From NCBI GenBank assembly GCA_050246755.1, contig JBFWVL010000001.1:288001-352000 (forward strand): a stretch of 64,000 nucleotides of DNA. The letters run 5' to 3'. The position numbers were made by a program, and so were the translations under genes. The notes under the pieces are model-generated. The model was not told where the DNA came from and searched no databases. It saw nothing but the letters and a program-made list of their open reading frames with translations. This DNA is from Bacteriovoracia bacterium. Its GTDB lineage: Bacteria > Bdellovibrionota > UBA1018 > CAIPTA01. Below are positions 19,916-28,982 of the stretch, piece by piece. How positions within the stretch are numbered: the first letter of the stretch is position 1; every line of letters begins with the position of its first letter.

Positions 19916-20758
19916 ATGAAAGAATACGTTCTCATTACCGGGGCCTCCTCCGGCATCGGCAAAGATGCTACCGAGTTTCTTTTGTCTCAGGGATTTTCCG
20001 TCGCCCCCTGCGTACGCAAAGAATCCGATCTAGCGAAATGGAAAGCCACTAAGGCGCAGCCTATTTTCCTCGATGTAACCGACCCCGAGTCGATTCAGCG
20101 CGGGGTGAAAGAATTTTCCCGCATCGCCGCCGGCGCCGATAAAGTTCACCTGATCAATAACGCCGGCATCGCCGTGGGCGGCCCGGTGGAAGCGATCCCC
20201 GCCGAGAAATGGCGCGCGCAGTTCGACGTGAATGTTTTCGGGCTGATCTCCGTCACCCAGGCGCTTCTACCCTTGGTGCGTGCGACCCAAGGCAGGATTA
20301 TTAATATCTCCAGCATCAGTGGTTTATTCGCGAGCCCCTACATGGGCGCCTATGCTTCTTCGAAATTTGCGGTGGAGGCGATCTCGGATGCTTTGCGGAG
20401 AGAGCTTCTCCGTTCGGGCGTGGAAGTGATTTTGATCGAGCCCGGGCCGATTGCCACGCCGATCTGGGAAAAAAGCCTGGGCCGCCGCAAAGACGAATAC
20501 GCGCAGTACTCGGGCGCAATGCGCACTTTGTACGGCGAAGACCTCGAGCGCTTTGCCGGAATGGTAGAGCTCACGGCGAAGGACGCGCTGCCGGTGGCGT
20601 TCGTTTCGCGGACGATTTTGCGGGCGCTGCGTTCAGCAAAGCCTAAAGCACGATATTTGGTAGTGAAAAAATCCGTGCCCTGGCAATTGCGCTTGATGAA
20701 GCTACTGCCGAGCCGGATGGCCGATCGCATGATCATGAAGGGTTTTGGGCGGAAGTAG
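19916..20758 (+). CDS. Classical SDR oxidoreductase
   Basis: TGASSGIG, INNAG, YASSK, IEPG. Confidence 0.93.
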   Translation: MKEYVLITGASSGIGKDATEFLLSQGFSVAPCVRKESDLAKWKATKAQPIFLDVTDPESIQRGVKEFSRIAAGADKVHLINNAGIAVGGPVEAIPAEKWRAQFDVNVFGLISVTQALLPLVRATQGRIINISSISGLFASPYMGAYASSKFAVEAISDALRRELLRSGVEVILIEPGPIATPIWEKSLGRRKDEYAQYSGAMRTLYGEDLERFAGMVELTAKDALPVAFVSRTILRALRSAKPKARYLVVKKSVPWQLRLMKLLPSRMADRMIMKGFGRK

Positions 20759-20802
20759 ATCCGGCCGCCGGCTAATTGGTAAGCGCGCAGAACTCACAAG
20801 CA

Positions 20803-21798
20803 CTAGGTAGCCAGAACCTTCGCCATCTCGATCAAATCTTTCCGCAATTTCGCGGAGCGCTTCACGGTTTGCGCGAACGGCACGAGCACTTCGCTGTCGC
20901 CCTCTACGCCTACCATCACGTCGGTATACCCGGCGAGCAAGGCCTCCACCGCGCGAAAACCCATGATGCTGCCGAGACGGCGGTCCCGGCCCGTGGGCGA
21001 GCCGCCGCGCTGGATATGGCCGAGGATGCAAACTTTGGACTCGATGCCATATTTTTTCTCAAGCTCTTCCGCTAAGCGCATCGAAGCGCCGCTTTTTTGC
21101 CCTTCGGCCATCACCACGATCGAGCTCATCTTCCCGCGCTCGAGGCCCTGCTGGATCCGGCGCGCCACTTCCTTGGTGGTAGTTTTTTCTTCGGGCAAGA
21201 GAATCGCTTCGGCCCCGGCGCCGATGCCCACGTCGAGGGCGATATAGCCGGAGTTACGGCCCATTACTTCCACGAGAAAGGTACGCTCATGGGCGGAGGC
21301 GGTATCGCGGATCTTATCGATCGCCTCGAGGGCGTTGTTCACGGCGGTATCGAAGCCGAGGGTGGCCTCGGTGCCGGCGATATCGTTGTCGATGGTGCCG
21401 GGAATTCCCACCACGGGAAATTGGTCTTCGGCCCAGAGGGCGTGGGCGCCGCGGAAAGATCCGTCGCCACCGATCACCACGAGGCCTTCGATGCCATGGG
21501 CCCGCATCATTTCCACGCACTTTTTGCGCACGGGGCGTTTGTGAAATTCAGGGCAGCGATCGGTCTTGAGCGCGGTGCCGCCGCGGAGAATGATATTCGC
21601 CACGCTCTTTTTATCCATGGTTTCCCAGTTGCCGGCGATGAGGCCCGCGTAGCCTTTCATCACCCCGTAAACGGTGATGCCGGAAGCGATTCCGGTCCTC
21701 ACCACCGCGCGAAGGGCGGCATTCATTCCGGGAGCGTCGCCACCGCTGCAGAGAACGGCGATGGCGCGGATATCTTTTTTATGGCGTGGCAGCTTCAT
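20803..21798 (-). CDS. pfkA: ATP-dependent 6-phosphofructokinase
   Basis: SGGDAPGMNAA, GGDGS, PGTIDND, EVMGR, LGHIQRGG. Confidence 0.97.
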   Translation of the reverse strand: MKLPRHKKDIRAIAVLCSGGDAPGMNAALRAVVRTGIASGITVYGVMKGYAGLIAGNWETMDKKSVANIILRGGTALKTDRCPEFHKRPVRKKCVEMMRAHGIEGLVVIGGDGSFRGAHALWAEDQFPVVGIPGTIDNDIAGTEATLGFDTAVNNALEAIDKIRDTASAHERTFLVEVMGRNSGYIALDVGIGAGAEAILLPEEKTTTKEVARRIQQGLERGKMSSIVVMAEGQKSGASMRLAEELEKKYGIESKVCILGHIQRGGSPTGRDRRLGSIMGFRAVEALLAGYTDVMVGVEGDSEVLVPFAQTVKRSAKLRKDLIEMAKVLAT

Positions 21799-22265
21799 TA
21801 CTCATGATGATACTTCCCCCCGGCCAGGATGTGAAGGGTGCGGTAGATCTGTTCGGCAAGGATGAGCCGCACCAGATCGTGGGGAAAGGTCATTTGGGAG
21901 AGGGAAAACTGGGGAAAGCGCCCGCGAAAGGCATCGGTGAAGCCATAGGCGCCGCCGATGAGCAGCACGAATTGCTGCACCCCTTGATCGCGCAGGGCCC
22001 CAAATTGCTCAGCCCAGGCGCGGGAACTGAACTGTTTGCCGCGCTCATCGAGCAGGAAGATCCGTGCCTTGCCTTCTTCGAGCAGCTTGCGTTTTTTTAA
22101 GGCCGCCAGAAAAAGTTCGGCTTCTTTGTCTTTATCACTCGCGGCATCTTTGAGCTCCACGAGCTCGATCTCTGCCATATGACCAATATTTTTGAAGTAG
22201 TGCACGAGCCCCTGCTCCACGAAGGGAAACTTCGCTTTGCCCACGGCAAAGATCACGAATTTCAT
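21798..22265 (-). CDS. rlmH: 23S rRNA (pseudouridine1915-N3)-methyltransferase
   Basis: LDERGK, IGGAYG, SQMTFPH, EQIYR, YH. Confidence 0.95.
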   Translation of the reverse strand: MKFVIFAVGKAKFPFVEQGLVHYFKNIGHMAEIELVELKDAASDKDKEAELFLAALKKRKLLEEGKARIFLLDERGKQFSSRAWAEQFGALRDQGVQQFVLLIGGAYGFTDAFRGRFPQFSLSQMTFPHDLVRLILAEQIYRTLHILAGGKYHHE

Positions 22266-23357
22266 TTACTGGCCCAAGAGGACTTCGGCCAAGGCCGGCA
22301 GGGTAGCACCGGCGGGCATGGCCCAGTCGGAGCCGAGGCGGAGATTGGCAAGCGGAGGATTCCACTCGCCTTTCTTGCGGCCGAGTGGCGCCACGGTAGA
22401 GTCGAGCACGAGCACGCGCTCGAACTGGATCGTCTGCTCGAAATTCGGGAAGGCCTTATCGATGAGGCGGCGGCCGGCGCGGATTTTTTTCATGGTCTCG
22501 TGGTTATCCCCCCACTCTTCTTCGCTAAGCGGAAGGATCCAGGAAGAAAGCGAAGCGCCGGCAGGCGCAAGGCTTGGATCACGGTTCGAGACGATGGCAC
22601 CCACGATGAAGCGGCGGTCGTCTTTTTTCTCAGCGGTAAACGGCACGAGCAAGGTTTCAGTAAAATCTCCAAGCTTGCCCTTGTGGGCGAACTCGAGCAC
22701 CACGCCCGGCTGGGGGTGGGTCTTCACGAACTTCTTCATCCAGGAAACGCGTTCGGGGCCGGGAGGCGGAGCGGAGCCAGTGAGGGAATCAAGGAGGCTC
22801 TTATAGTCGCCACACCAGAAAATTTCTTTGGGCTGGAGCTCTAGGCCATTGCCGAGAGTAACACTGGCCACCAAGGCGCCTTCTACCCGAAGGGCGGTAA
22901 CGGGAGCTTCGGGGGAAAAGCTGAAATTCGGGAAACCCGCGCAAAAATTCATCAAGGTTTCGGTGATGCCGTAGAGGCCACGGTCGGGGAATTCCGTATT
23001 GGGCTCACTGAGGTGAGCTTCCCAGCTCGGCAGGTCTTCGGCCTTAGACCAGCCCTTAGGACCGTGCACGAGAGCGCCTGCTTCAGCGATCGGCAAGGTG
23101 GTGGCTGGAAGCCCCAGGCGGTCGGCAGTAGCGCGCCACCAGGCGGAATCGCCGAAGGCGAAGCCTGATCCCAATAGGTAGCCATCGCGAAGCTCGGGGG
23201 AAAAGCGGCCGCCTGCGTGGGGGGCCCTTTCGGTAAGGTGAACGGATTTTCCGGCCTTGAGTTCGAGGGCCGCGGCGAGCAAGCCGGCCACGCCGGCACC
23301 CACCACAAGAACGTCAACGGAACCTGTGGGAGCCTTAGAGATCTTAGGAGCGGTCAT
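22266..23357 (-). CDS. FAD-dependent oxidoreductase (compact phytoene dehydrogenase-like fold)
   Basis: VVGAGVAGL, ER...GGR, PSLAPAG, NLRLGSD. Confidence 0.75.
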   Translation of the reverse strand: MTAPKISKAPTGSVDVLVVGAGVAGLLAAALELKAGKSVHLTERAPHAGGRFSPELRDGYLLGSGFAFGDSAWWRATADRLGLPATTLPIAEAGALVHGPKGWSKAEDLPSWEAHLSEPNTEFPDRGLYGITETLMNFCAGFPNFSFSPEAPVTALRVEGALVASVTLGNGLELQPKEIFWCGDYKSLLDSLTGSAPPPGPERVSWMKKFVKTHPQPGVVLEFAHKGKLGDFTETLLVPFTAEKKDDRRFIVGAIVSNRDPSLAPAGASLSSWILPLSEEEWGDNHETMKKIRAGRRLIDKAFPNFEQTIQFERVLVLDSTVAPLGRKKGEWNPPLANLRLGSDWAMPAGATLPALAEVLLGQ

Positions 23358-24777
23358 TCCTAACGTATAACTTAATCCGGCTGCCGGGACGTAGGTTTTT
23401 TGAACGACGCAGGGAGTTCCAGCGACGAATTTCGTCTATGCGCACGGCATAACGACGGGAGATTCCGTAGAGGGTATCCCCTCGCACTACCACGTGGGTT
23501 ACGGAGGAAGAATTCTTCGGCTCGGCCACCGATGGCCTTACTCGCTCGCCGCTCGTAGCGCTAGCTAATCCGCGGCCGCCGCGAGACACGCGGGGCCGGC
23601 TGGAAGCTACGGCACGGCCGCGATCCGGAATCACAAGCTCGGTGCCTGGCTTGAGTGCGCGCACACTGCGGATATCGTTCATCGAAAGAATGGCTTCCGT
23701 GGGAACTCCGGTTTTGGAGGCGATGCGAGAAAGCGTATCGCCGCGGCGAACTACGTGGCGCTGAAAATTCGCGAAGCGCCCGATCTCTCCGCTCTCCACG
23801 GCCGCAGCTACAAGCTGGGCACCTGGCCCCTTAGGAACACGCACGGTATAGGAACCGCGCTGGGGCGGAGTGCAGCAACGGCTGAGCTCGGGATTTAACG
23901 CAGCGATCTCTTCGCGGTCCACTCCGGCCACTTTGGCAATCGTGCGTAAGTTCTCGGCGCGCGGGATGCGAACCTCTTCGAATTGCATGAGCACGTCGTC
24001 GGCCGGGTACGTTTTGAAGCCGAACTGCTCGGCGTTTTTGCCGATGATTGCGGCGGCCATCATTTTCGGCACGTAATCCTTAGTTTCCCGGCGAAGGGCG
24101 CGGCGGTTGCGGGCGATGGTCCAGAAATCACGAGTGCCGAGGCGAGAAATTCCATTACGGATTTTTTGCTCGCCCGAATTGTAGGCAGCACAGGCCAAGG
24201 CCCAGTCGCCGAACTCGGCATGGAGGCGGCTAAGGTAGGCCACGGCGGCGTCGGTGCTCTTGAGCGGATCACGGCGTTCGTCCATCCACCAATCCTGTTT
24301 CAGACCGAAAATTCGGCCAGTGGAACGAATAAATTGCCAAGGGCCAACGGCACCGGCATGCGAGGCAGCCTGCGTGGAAAATCCGCTTTCGATCATGGCG
24401 AGGTAAATCAAATCCTGGGGAAGACCAGCCGCCTTGAGCTTGGGCAAGATCACGGGCTCCATGCGAGCCTTGCGTTCCATATAAACCGCGAAGTGCTTAC
24501 GGCCGGGGCCGGTAAAGTAGCCTACCCAGTTCTTTACTTCTTCGTTGTAGACCACGGGCAGATCAAAATTGGTATTTTTGAGCTGGATACCCTCTAGATT
24601 GGGAACCAAAACCCCGTCCGTAAGGGGGGGTTCATTCGACGGAGTGCGGCCCGATGCGTTTAACAGGCCTCCTTCACTCCTGGCGTCGAGTAGGCCTTTG
24701 GAGCCTAGGCGAAAGTGTCCACAAGAAGTGAGAAGCAGGGCGCAAAACACCAGGCCGACGCGGCGATCCAATTTCAT
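23344..24777 (-). CDS. mltD: MltD-like membrane-bound lytic transglycosylase with LysM domains (lipoprotein)
   Basis: Lipobox LLTSC, MIESGF, GPWQF, AAYNSGE, ETKDYVPK, LysM repeats (RGDTL); ATG at 24777 with SD. Confidence 0.92.
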   Translation of the reverse strand: MKLDRRVGLVFCALLLTSCGHFRLGSKGLLDARSEGGLLNASGRTPSNEPPLTDGVLVPNLEGIQLKNTNFDLPVVYNEEVKNWVGYFTGPGRKHFAVYMERKARMEPVILPKLKAAGLPQDLIYLAMIESGFSTQAASHAGAVGPWQFIRSTGRIFGLKQDWWMDERRDPLKSTDAAVAYLSRLHAEFGDWALACAAYNSGEQKIRNGISRLGTRDFWTIARNRRALRRETKDYVPKMMAAAIIGKNAEQFGFKTYPADDVLMQFEEVRIPRAENLRTIAKVAGVDREEIAALNPELSRCCTPPQRGSYTVRVPKGPGAQLVAAAVESGEIGRFANFQRHVVRRGDTLSRIASKTGVPTEAILSMNDIRSVRALKPGTELVIPDRGRAVASSRPRVSRGGRGLASATSGERVRPSVAEPKNSSSVTHVVVRGDTLYGISRRYAVRIDEIRRWNSLRRSKNLRPGSRIKLYVRNDRS

Positions 24778-24783
24778 GAGGTC

Positions 24784-24836
24784 CCTTTCCAAATAGCGGT
24801 TCTGTAATCTTATCGGTCGCTTTGGAAAGGAGTCAA
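24784..24836 (-). promoter_or_regulatory. Inverted repeat covering the mltD RBS, enclosing a sigma28-like -10 box
   Basis: CCTTTCCAAA (24784-24793) and TTTGGAAAGG (24821-24830); ACCGATAA on the minus strand at 24810-24817. Confidence 0.45.
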
Positions 24837-26011
24837 GGCTGGGATTTGGAGTGAGCGTCGTCCACGATCGGATTAATCTGGAAGCCAAACGTATTCTGAA
24901 GAATCGTAGTAGTTTCCTGTAGTTGCTGGATGAGCGCCTCCGTGTAGCGCACTTGCCGCACAGTTCCAGCTTCATCCACCACAAATTGTTCACCCATGAG
25001 GTCCCCACTCGTACCCTCTAGCGTGAGATGGAAGGTTTTACGGTCGGCACCCAGGTCTACGGGATGCACGCGAATATTCTTAACGGCCCGCATGCGGTCG
25101 GAAAAATGAAAGTCCGATACGGCATCGAGGTCTTCCCAGCGCCGGGCGAACTCCCCCTTCTCACGGCGGTGAACTAGCTGCGCGAAACGGCCGGCCTCCA
25201 GCCATTCCTTCACCTCCTGAACCCCGAGATTTTCCTTATATGGGCTATTGGGCAGCAGGCCCTCATTACGTGCCAGAGACGCCAAGCCGCGATCGGTGGC
25301 CTGGGTCATACGCTGTTTCACTTGCTCGCTAACGGCGGCAAAGATCGAATTGGATTCGCCGGCCGCCTGCCATTCCCGCCTTTCCCCCAAGATCGGCGAT
25401 TTTATGCCCACAGCGGTGAAGAGCCCGGGGCGATCGTCTCCCGCTTTCGCAATTTGCCAGTAGCGGGAATATAAGCCGATTTCCGGCTCGAGCCCCTGCG
25501 CGCGCAAACGCAAAATGCGATCTGCTTCTTCCAATAAGTAAACGCGAGTGGGAGGGGGAAGAACGAAATTGGCGCTTAGGCGATAGCTCTCGTCGATGGT
25601 GAGGCGATCCGAGTTGTCGATTCCCGTTGCAAGAATCAGAAAACGATTGGGATAGGATTCGAGCACCGAAATCTCGTAGCTCTGCTGGATCTCTTCCCGG
25701 GTGCCGGAGACGTAGCGGGCCGGGAGGAGGAGCCGCGAAAGATCGCGGGTGAAACGCCCGTGGGTATCGCCGTAATATTTTTGGTAGCGCACGGTTTTAT
25801 CGAGGACTTCCACGAGCAGCTGGCGGCGCATCTCGCGCTGCTTTAAATCTTCGGAAACCTGGAGGAGAGATTTTTCGGCGAAGCGCGGGAGGGTCCAGAG
25901 CAGGGAAAGCACGAGCGCCGCTACCGAAAGCAGATGAAAAATTCCCGATAGGGACTTCCATCGCCGGATCTTATCGCGCGCGGAAAAAAGCGTTGGTTCC
26001 TCGTTACCCAT
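24833..26011 (-). CDS. Membrane-anchored hypothetical protein with repeated type IV pilin-head-like segments
   Basis: N-terminal TM; YQKYYGDTHGRF...FLILATG...LTID and AQLVHRREKGEF...FHLTLEG...FVVDEAG. Confidence 0.65.
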   Translation of the reverse strand: MGNEEPTLFSARDKIRRWKSLSGIFHLLSVAALVLSLLWTLPRFAEKSLLQVSEDLKQREMRRQLLVEVLDKTVRYQKYYGDTHGRFTRDLSRLLLPARYVSGTREEIQQSYEISVLESYPNRFLILATGIDNSDRLTIDESYRLSANFVLPPPTRVYLLEEADRILRLRAQGLEPEIGLYSRYWQIAKAGDDRPGLFTAVGIKSPILGERREWQAAGESNSIFAAVSEQVKQRMTQATDRGLASLARNEGLLPNSPYKENLGVQEVKEWLEAGRFAQLVHRREKGEFARRWEDLDAVSDFHFSDRMRAVKNIRVHPVDLGADRKTFHLTLEGTSGDLMGEQFVVDEAGTVRQVRYTEALIQQLQETTTILQNTFGFQINPIVDDAHSKSQP

Positions 26012-26028
26012 AGTAGTAACTAAACCAA

Positions 26029-26044
26029 TGCAAACGCTGTACCG
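26029..26044 (-). promoter_or_regulatory. Putative sigma54 (-24/-12) promoter
   Basis: CGGTACAGCGTTTGCA (GG-N10-GC) 17 nt upstream of ATG 26011; AT-rich IHF-like site and ACGATTTT repeats further upstream. Confidence 0.55.
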
Positions 26045-26221
26045 TGTATCTACTTACTGTGAGGATTTTTTAGCTTTTATATCTATTTGATTTTATTTAC
26101 AAAAATTAATTAAAAACATCGACTCTTAAGAGAAACTACGATTTTGGCACGAAAAAATCTGACGATTTTTTAGTCGCTGCCCAAATCTTAAGCACAGAAA
26201 ATCGATCATTTCGCCGGCGAA

Positions 26222-27394
26222 CTAAAGCCGGGAAAACGCGTCTTGGCAGCCAATCGAAGTCCGCTCCCTGACCCAGGGAGAAATTTGCAGAAGGTCTTCG
26301 TACTCCTTCGGCAGGGCAATATTCTTTTTGCCCTTTCCGCGCTCACGGAAAAATTTCGGTAACGGCTCGGACCTCACGTCATCCGGCAATAAATTTTCAT
26401 AGTCCTTAAACTTTAGGCCCGACTCTTCCACGTACACCAAGTAACGCGCCTTGAGCTCATCCAAAAAAAACTCGTCGCGGGCCCCCTTGAGATAAACAAT
26501 GCGCCCCTTCTGCGTGCGCAAAAAATTAATTCTCGCCTTCACGAGCCGCCCCAGCTGCAATAAATTTTCCGCGGAATCCTGGGCCCAAATCGAGCGAAGC
26601 TCGAAACGTGCGGCTTCAGGATTCTCGAAACCTTTCAGCCCCATCGCCTGATTGTGGTAGTTAAGCCATCCAGGCTCAAGCGTATGTGTATACACTTTTT
26701 TATTAATTTCCTTCGCGATGTCCTCTACCGTTTTGAGCTTTCCGGAATAGAAATCTTCAACCACCTGCTGTAGAGCATCCCGCTGCTCCGGCCTCAAGAG
26801 CGCGAGCGGGGGGCCATTGGAAGTATCATGCCCTAGGCTTCCGAGTGCCAGATCGTAGTGATTCGCGTAGTCCACGAAGTAGCGCAAAAAAAGCTCGGCA
26901 TCATCGCCGAAAGCAGATTTGAGGCCCACATTGAAATGCGCGCTATCCAATTTATCGGCGCCGATTCCTACGGCCTTCCCCACCGCAAAGATATCTTTAT
27001 CGATGCGTTCCCGCACCGCCTCTAGATCCGCAAGGGTGGACGGTTTGAAGAGAATTTCTACGCAACCGGGATCAAAGCTCACTTGGAACCACCAGCCGTC
27101 GGGATAGGTGACGCGAAACTCCTGAATCTGCTTTCCGGCTACTTCCTTGATGGCACACTTTGAAAGCACGCACCGCTTGCGCAGCTCTTCCACGAATTTC
27201 AGCTGAGATTTCTTTTCGGGGATTTCGCTGGTATTTCCTTTGCCCGAAAAGCCCGAGCTCTGCATGGCCTCGTTAGTTAGCTCAATCTCGCCACCAATCG
27301 TGGGATCGAACTTTTCTGCGGCGAAAGAGAAAATAGACGCCGGCAAGGCCAGCGCCGAAAAAAATAAAACCGCCTTTAGCCTAAATCCCCTCAC
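26222..27394 (-). CDS. Secreted hypothetical protein with amidoligase/glutamate-cysteine ligase-like motifs
   Basis: Signal peptide; GGEIEL, DPGCVEI..KP, SAHFNVG, RFELR; start approximate (longer starts fall in a terminator). Confidence 0.6.
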   Translation of the reverse strand: MRGFRLKAVLFFSALALPASIFSFAAEKFDPTIGGEIELTNEAMQSSGFSGKGNTSEIPEKKSQLKFVEELRKRCVLSKCAIKEVAGKQIQEFRVTYPDGWWFQVSFDPGCVEILFKPSTLADLEAVRERIDKDIFAVGKAVGIGADKLDSAHFNVGLKSAFGDDAELFLRYFVDYANHYDLALGSLGHDTSNGPPLALLRPEQRDALQQVVEDFYSGKLKTVEDIAKEINKKVYTHTLEPGWLNYHNQAMGLKGFENPEAARFELRSIWAQDSAENLLQLGRLVKARINFLRTQKGRIVYLKGARDEFFLDELKARYLVYVEESGLKFKDYENLLPDDVRSEPLPKFFRERGKGKKNIALPKEYEDLLQISPWVRERTSIGCQDAFSRL

Positions 27395-27423
27395 CCCAAA
27401 ATTGTAAACCGCCGCGCGGTCCC

Positions 27424-27460
27424 CACAAAAGAAAAAGCCCGGCATTTTCATGCCAGGCCC
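27424..27460 (-). terminator. Intrinsic terminator after the Lys-rich protein gene
   Basis: GCCTGGCAT-GAAA-ATGCCGGGC followed by TTTTTCTTTT on the minus strand. Confidence 0.8.
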
Positions 27461-27481
27461 TCATTCCTGAATACCGGAGAT

Positions 27482-27925
27482 TTACTTTCTCTTCGCGGTC
27501 TTCTTCGTGGTCGTTTTTTTCTTGGTTCCGCCCGAAGCCTTGCGGGGAGCCGCTTTCTTCGTGGTGGCTTTGCGGATCGCGGTGCGGAGGGTTTCGGCGT
27601 TGATCTTGCCTTCGCGGGCCTTCTTCACCAATTCGTTACCGAGCTTCTCGAGCTCTTTGCGCTGCGCTTGCACGTACGTGCGAACGGCTTTTACTTCGCG
27701 GGGCAGATCGGCGGCAATTTTTTCCACTTGCTTGCGGCGCTGCTGAACGAAGGCGAGAACTTTTTTGGTATCTTTGGAAGACTTCACGCGCTGGCTGAAT
27801 TTCTTCGCTTGGCCATCGGCAAAACGTTTCACTTCATTGTAGAGAGCACCCGATTCAATCTTGTTCTTCAGATTAGCTTCAAGTTTTCCCAATTTTTTTA
27901 CTACGGACTTCACATCTAATTTCAT
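27482..27925 (-). CDS. Highly basic coiled-coil protein with histone-H1-like tail (phasin/PhaF-like architecture)
   Basis: Lys-rich amphipathic helices, tail KKAAPRKASGGTKKKTTTKKTAKRK; SD AAGGAG before ATG 27925. Confidence 0.7.
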   Translation of the reverse strand: MKLDVKSVVKKLGKLEANLKNKIESGALYNEVKRFADGQAKKFSQRVKSSKDTKKVLAFVQQRRKQVEKIAADLPREVKAVRTYVQAQRKELEKLGNELVKKAREGKINAETLRTAIRKATTKKAAPRKASGGTKKKTTTKKTAKRK

Positions 27926-28112
27926 TACCTGCTCCTTCATTAAGATCACGCCTCCACAGGGTCAATTAACACGCCACATTATACGCCTCAAGAAAAAACC
28001 GAGCGTTTTTCGCGGACTAACTTTTTTTCTCCACACCGACCAGCGTAAGTTAGCTATATCTAACGCATTTACCCTACTTTACAATCCCCAGCACCCTTGC
28101 CAGTATTTACCC

Positions 28113-28982
28113 ATGAGAAATATTCAGCTGTTCCCTAAGCTGGGCCGCGTGCGCATTTACCAGTTACGCTGCGCCCTCCTCCTCTCTTTTGTGCCAGTGG
28201 TTTGCACCGCCGCACTCATGGGACTGCTCTCTTTCTTCGCGCAGATGAACCTGTATTTTTTGGAAAATGGCGGACTCATCGTGAGCGAGGTGATTCGCAA
28301 TGCCTACCAAGTACAAGTGCAAATGGCGCTCGCCGACGTCGCCTGGTACCTCGTGGCCCTCTTCGGACTCACCTTCCTCATTTCTTTTTTGCTGATGGGC
28401 TGGGCCGTTTCCCCCTTCGTAAACGCGGAAAAATTATTGCGCCAAAAACTAAAGAACAAAGAGCTGGACGCAAAGAAAAACGACTGGCTTTCCGAGAGCC
28501 CCGACTTCCACAGGGTAATCTGGGGGCTCGCGCACCAACTGAAGGAAAAGAATTTTGCTTTCGATAAAATCAAAAAACCGCGCTACCGCTTCAACTACCG
28601 TTTCTACCTAAAATTCGTTTTGAGTTTTTACCTCGTAAGCCTCGCCACCAGCCATATCGTGGGGATCGCGCTCAATACCGTTTACGTGAAGGTGGTCAGC
28701 CTCGCGATCAGCCTCACCCGCATGAATCAAAAAGGGCACTACTATATTTCGCAGGACGACCTCATGCACCTTGGGGCGAATTGGATGTTCGGGCTTTCCT
28801 GCGTGATCTACGCGATCATCGGCTATTATATCACCCGCTATATGTCGAATATGCTCTTCGTGTTCAACCGCGCGGTAGCGGAACGCCACTTTCCGCTCAA
28901 GCTCCGCGATTCCGATATTTATCACGATCTCGCCGAGGCTATCAGTGAAGTGGCCGAAGAAGGCGGACTTTCGCGCCGCTAA
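28113..28982 (+). CDS. Membrane protein with duplicated TM-TM-HAMP-like units
   Basis: Four TM segments in two similar halves; C-terminal LKLRDSDIYHDLAEAIS is HAMP-like. Confidence 0.6.
   Translation: MRNIQLFPKLGRVRIYQLRCALLLSFVPVVCTAALMGLLSFFAQMNLYFLENGGLIVSEVIRNAYQVQVQMALADVAWYLVALFGLTFLISFLLMGWAVSPFVNAEKLLRQKLKNKELDAKKNDWLSESPDFHRVIWGLAHQLKEKNFAFDKIKKPRYRFNYRFYLKFVLSFYLVSLATSHIVGIALNTVYVKVVSLAISLTRMNQKGHYYISQDDLMHLGANWMFGLSCVIYAIIGYYITRYMSNMLFVFNRAVAERHFPLKLRDSDIYHDLAEAISEVAEEGGLSRR

Noticed and set aside
24778-25008. N-terminal extensions in the ORF track for mltD (also 1154, 9003, 27451, 27861, 58068)
   Set aside because: They overlap neighbouring genes or terminators; downstream starts have SD sites, signal peptides or coupling overlaps
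26144-26160. TGGCACG as a plus-strand sigma54 promoter
   Set aside because: No TTGC at -12 and no downstream plus-strand gene
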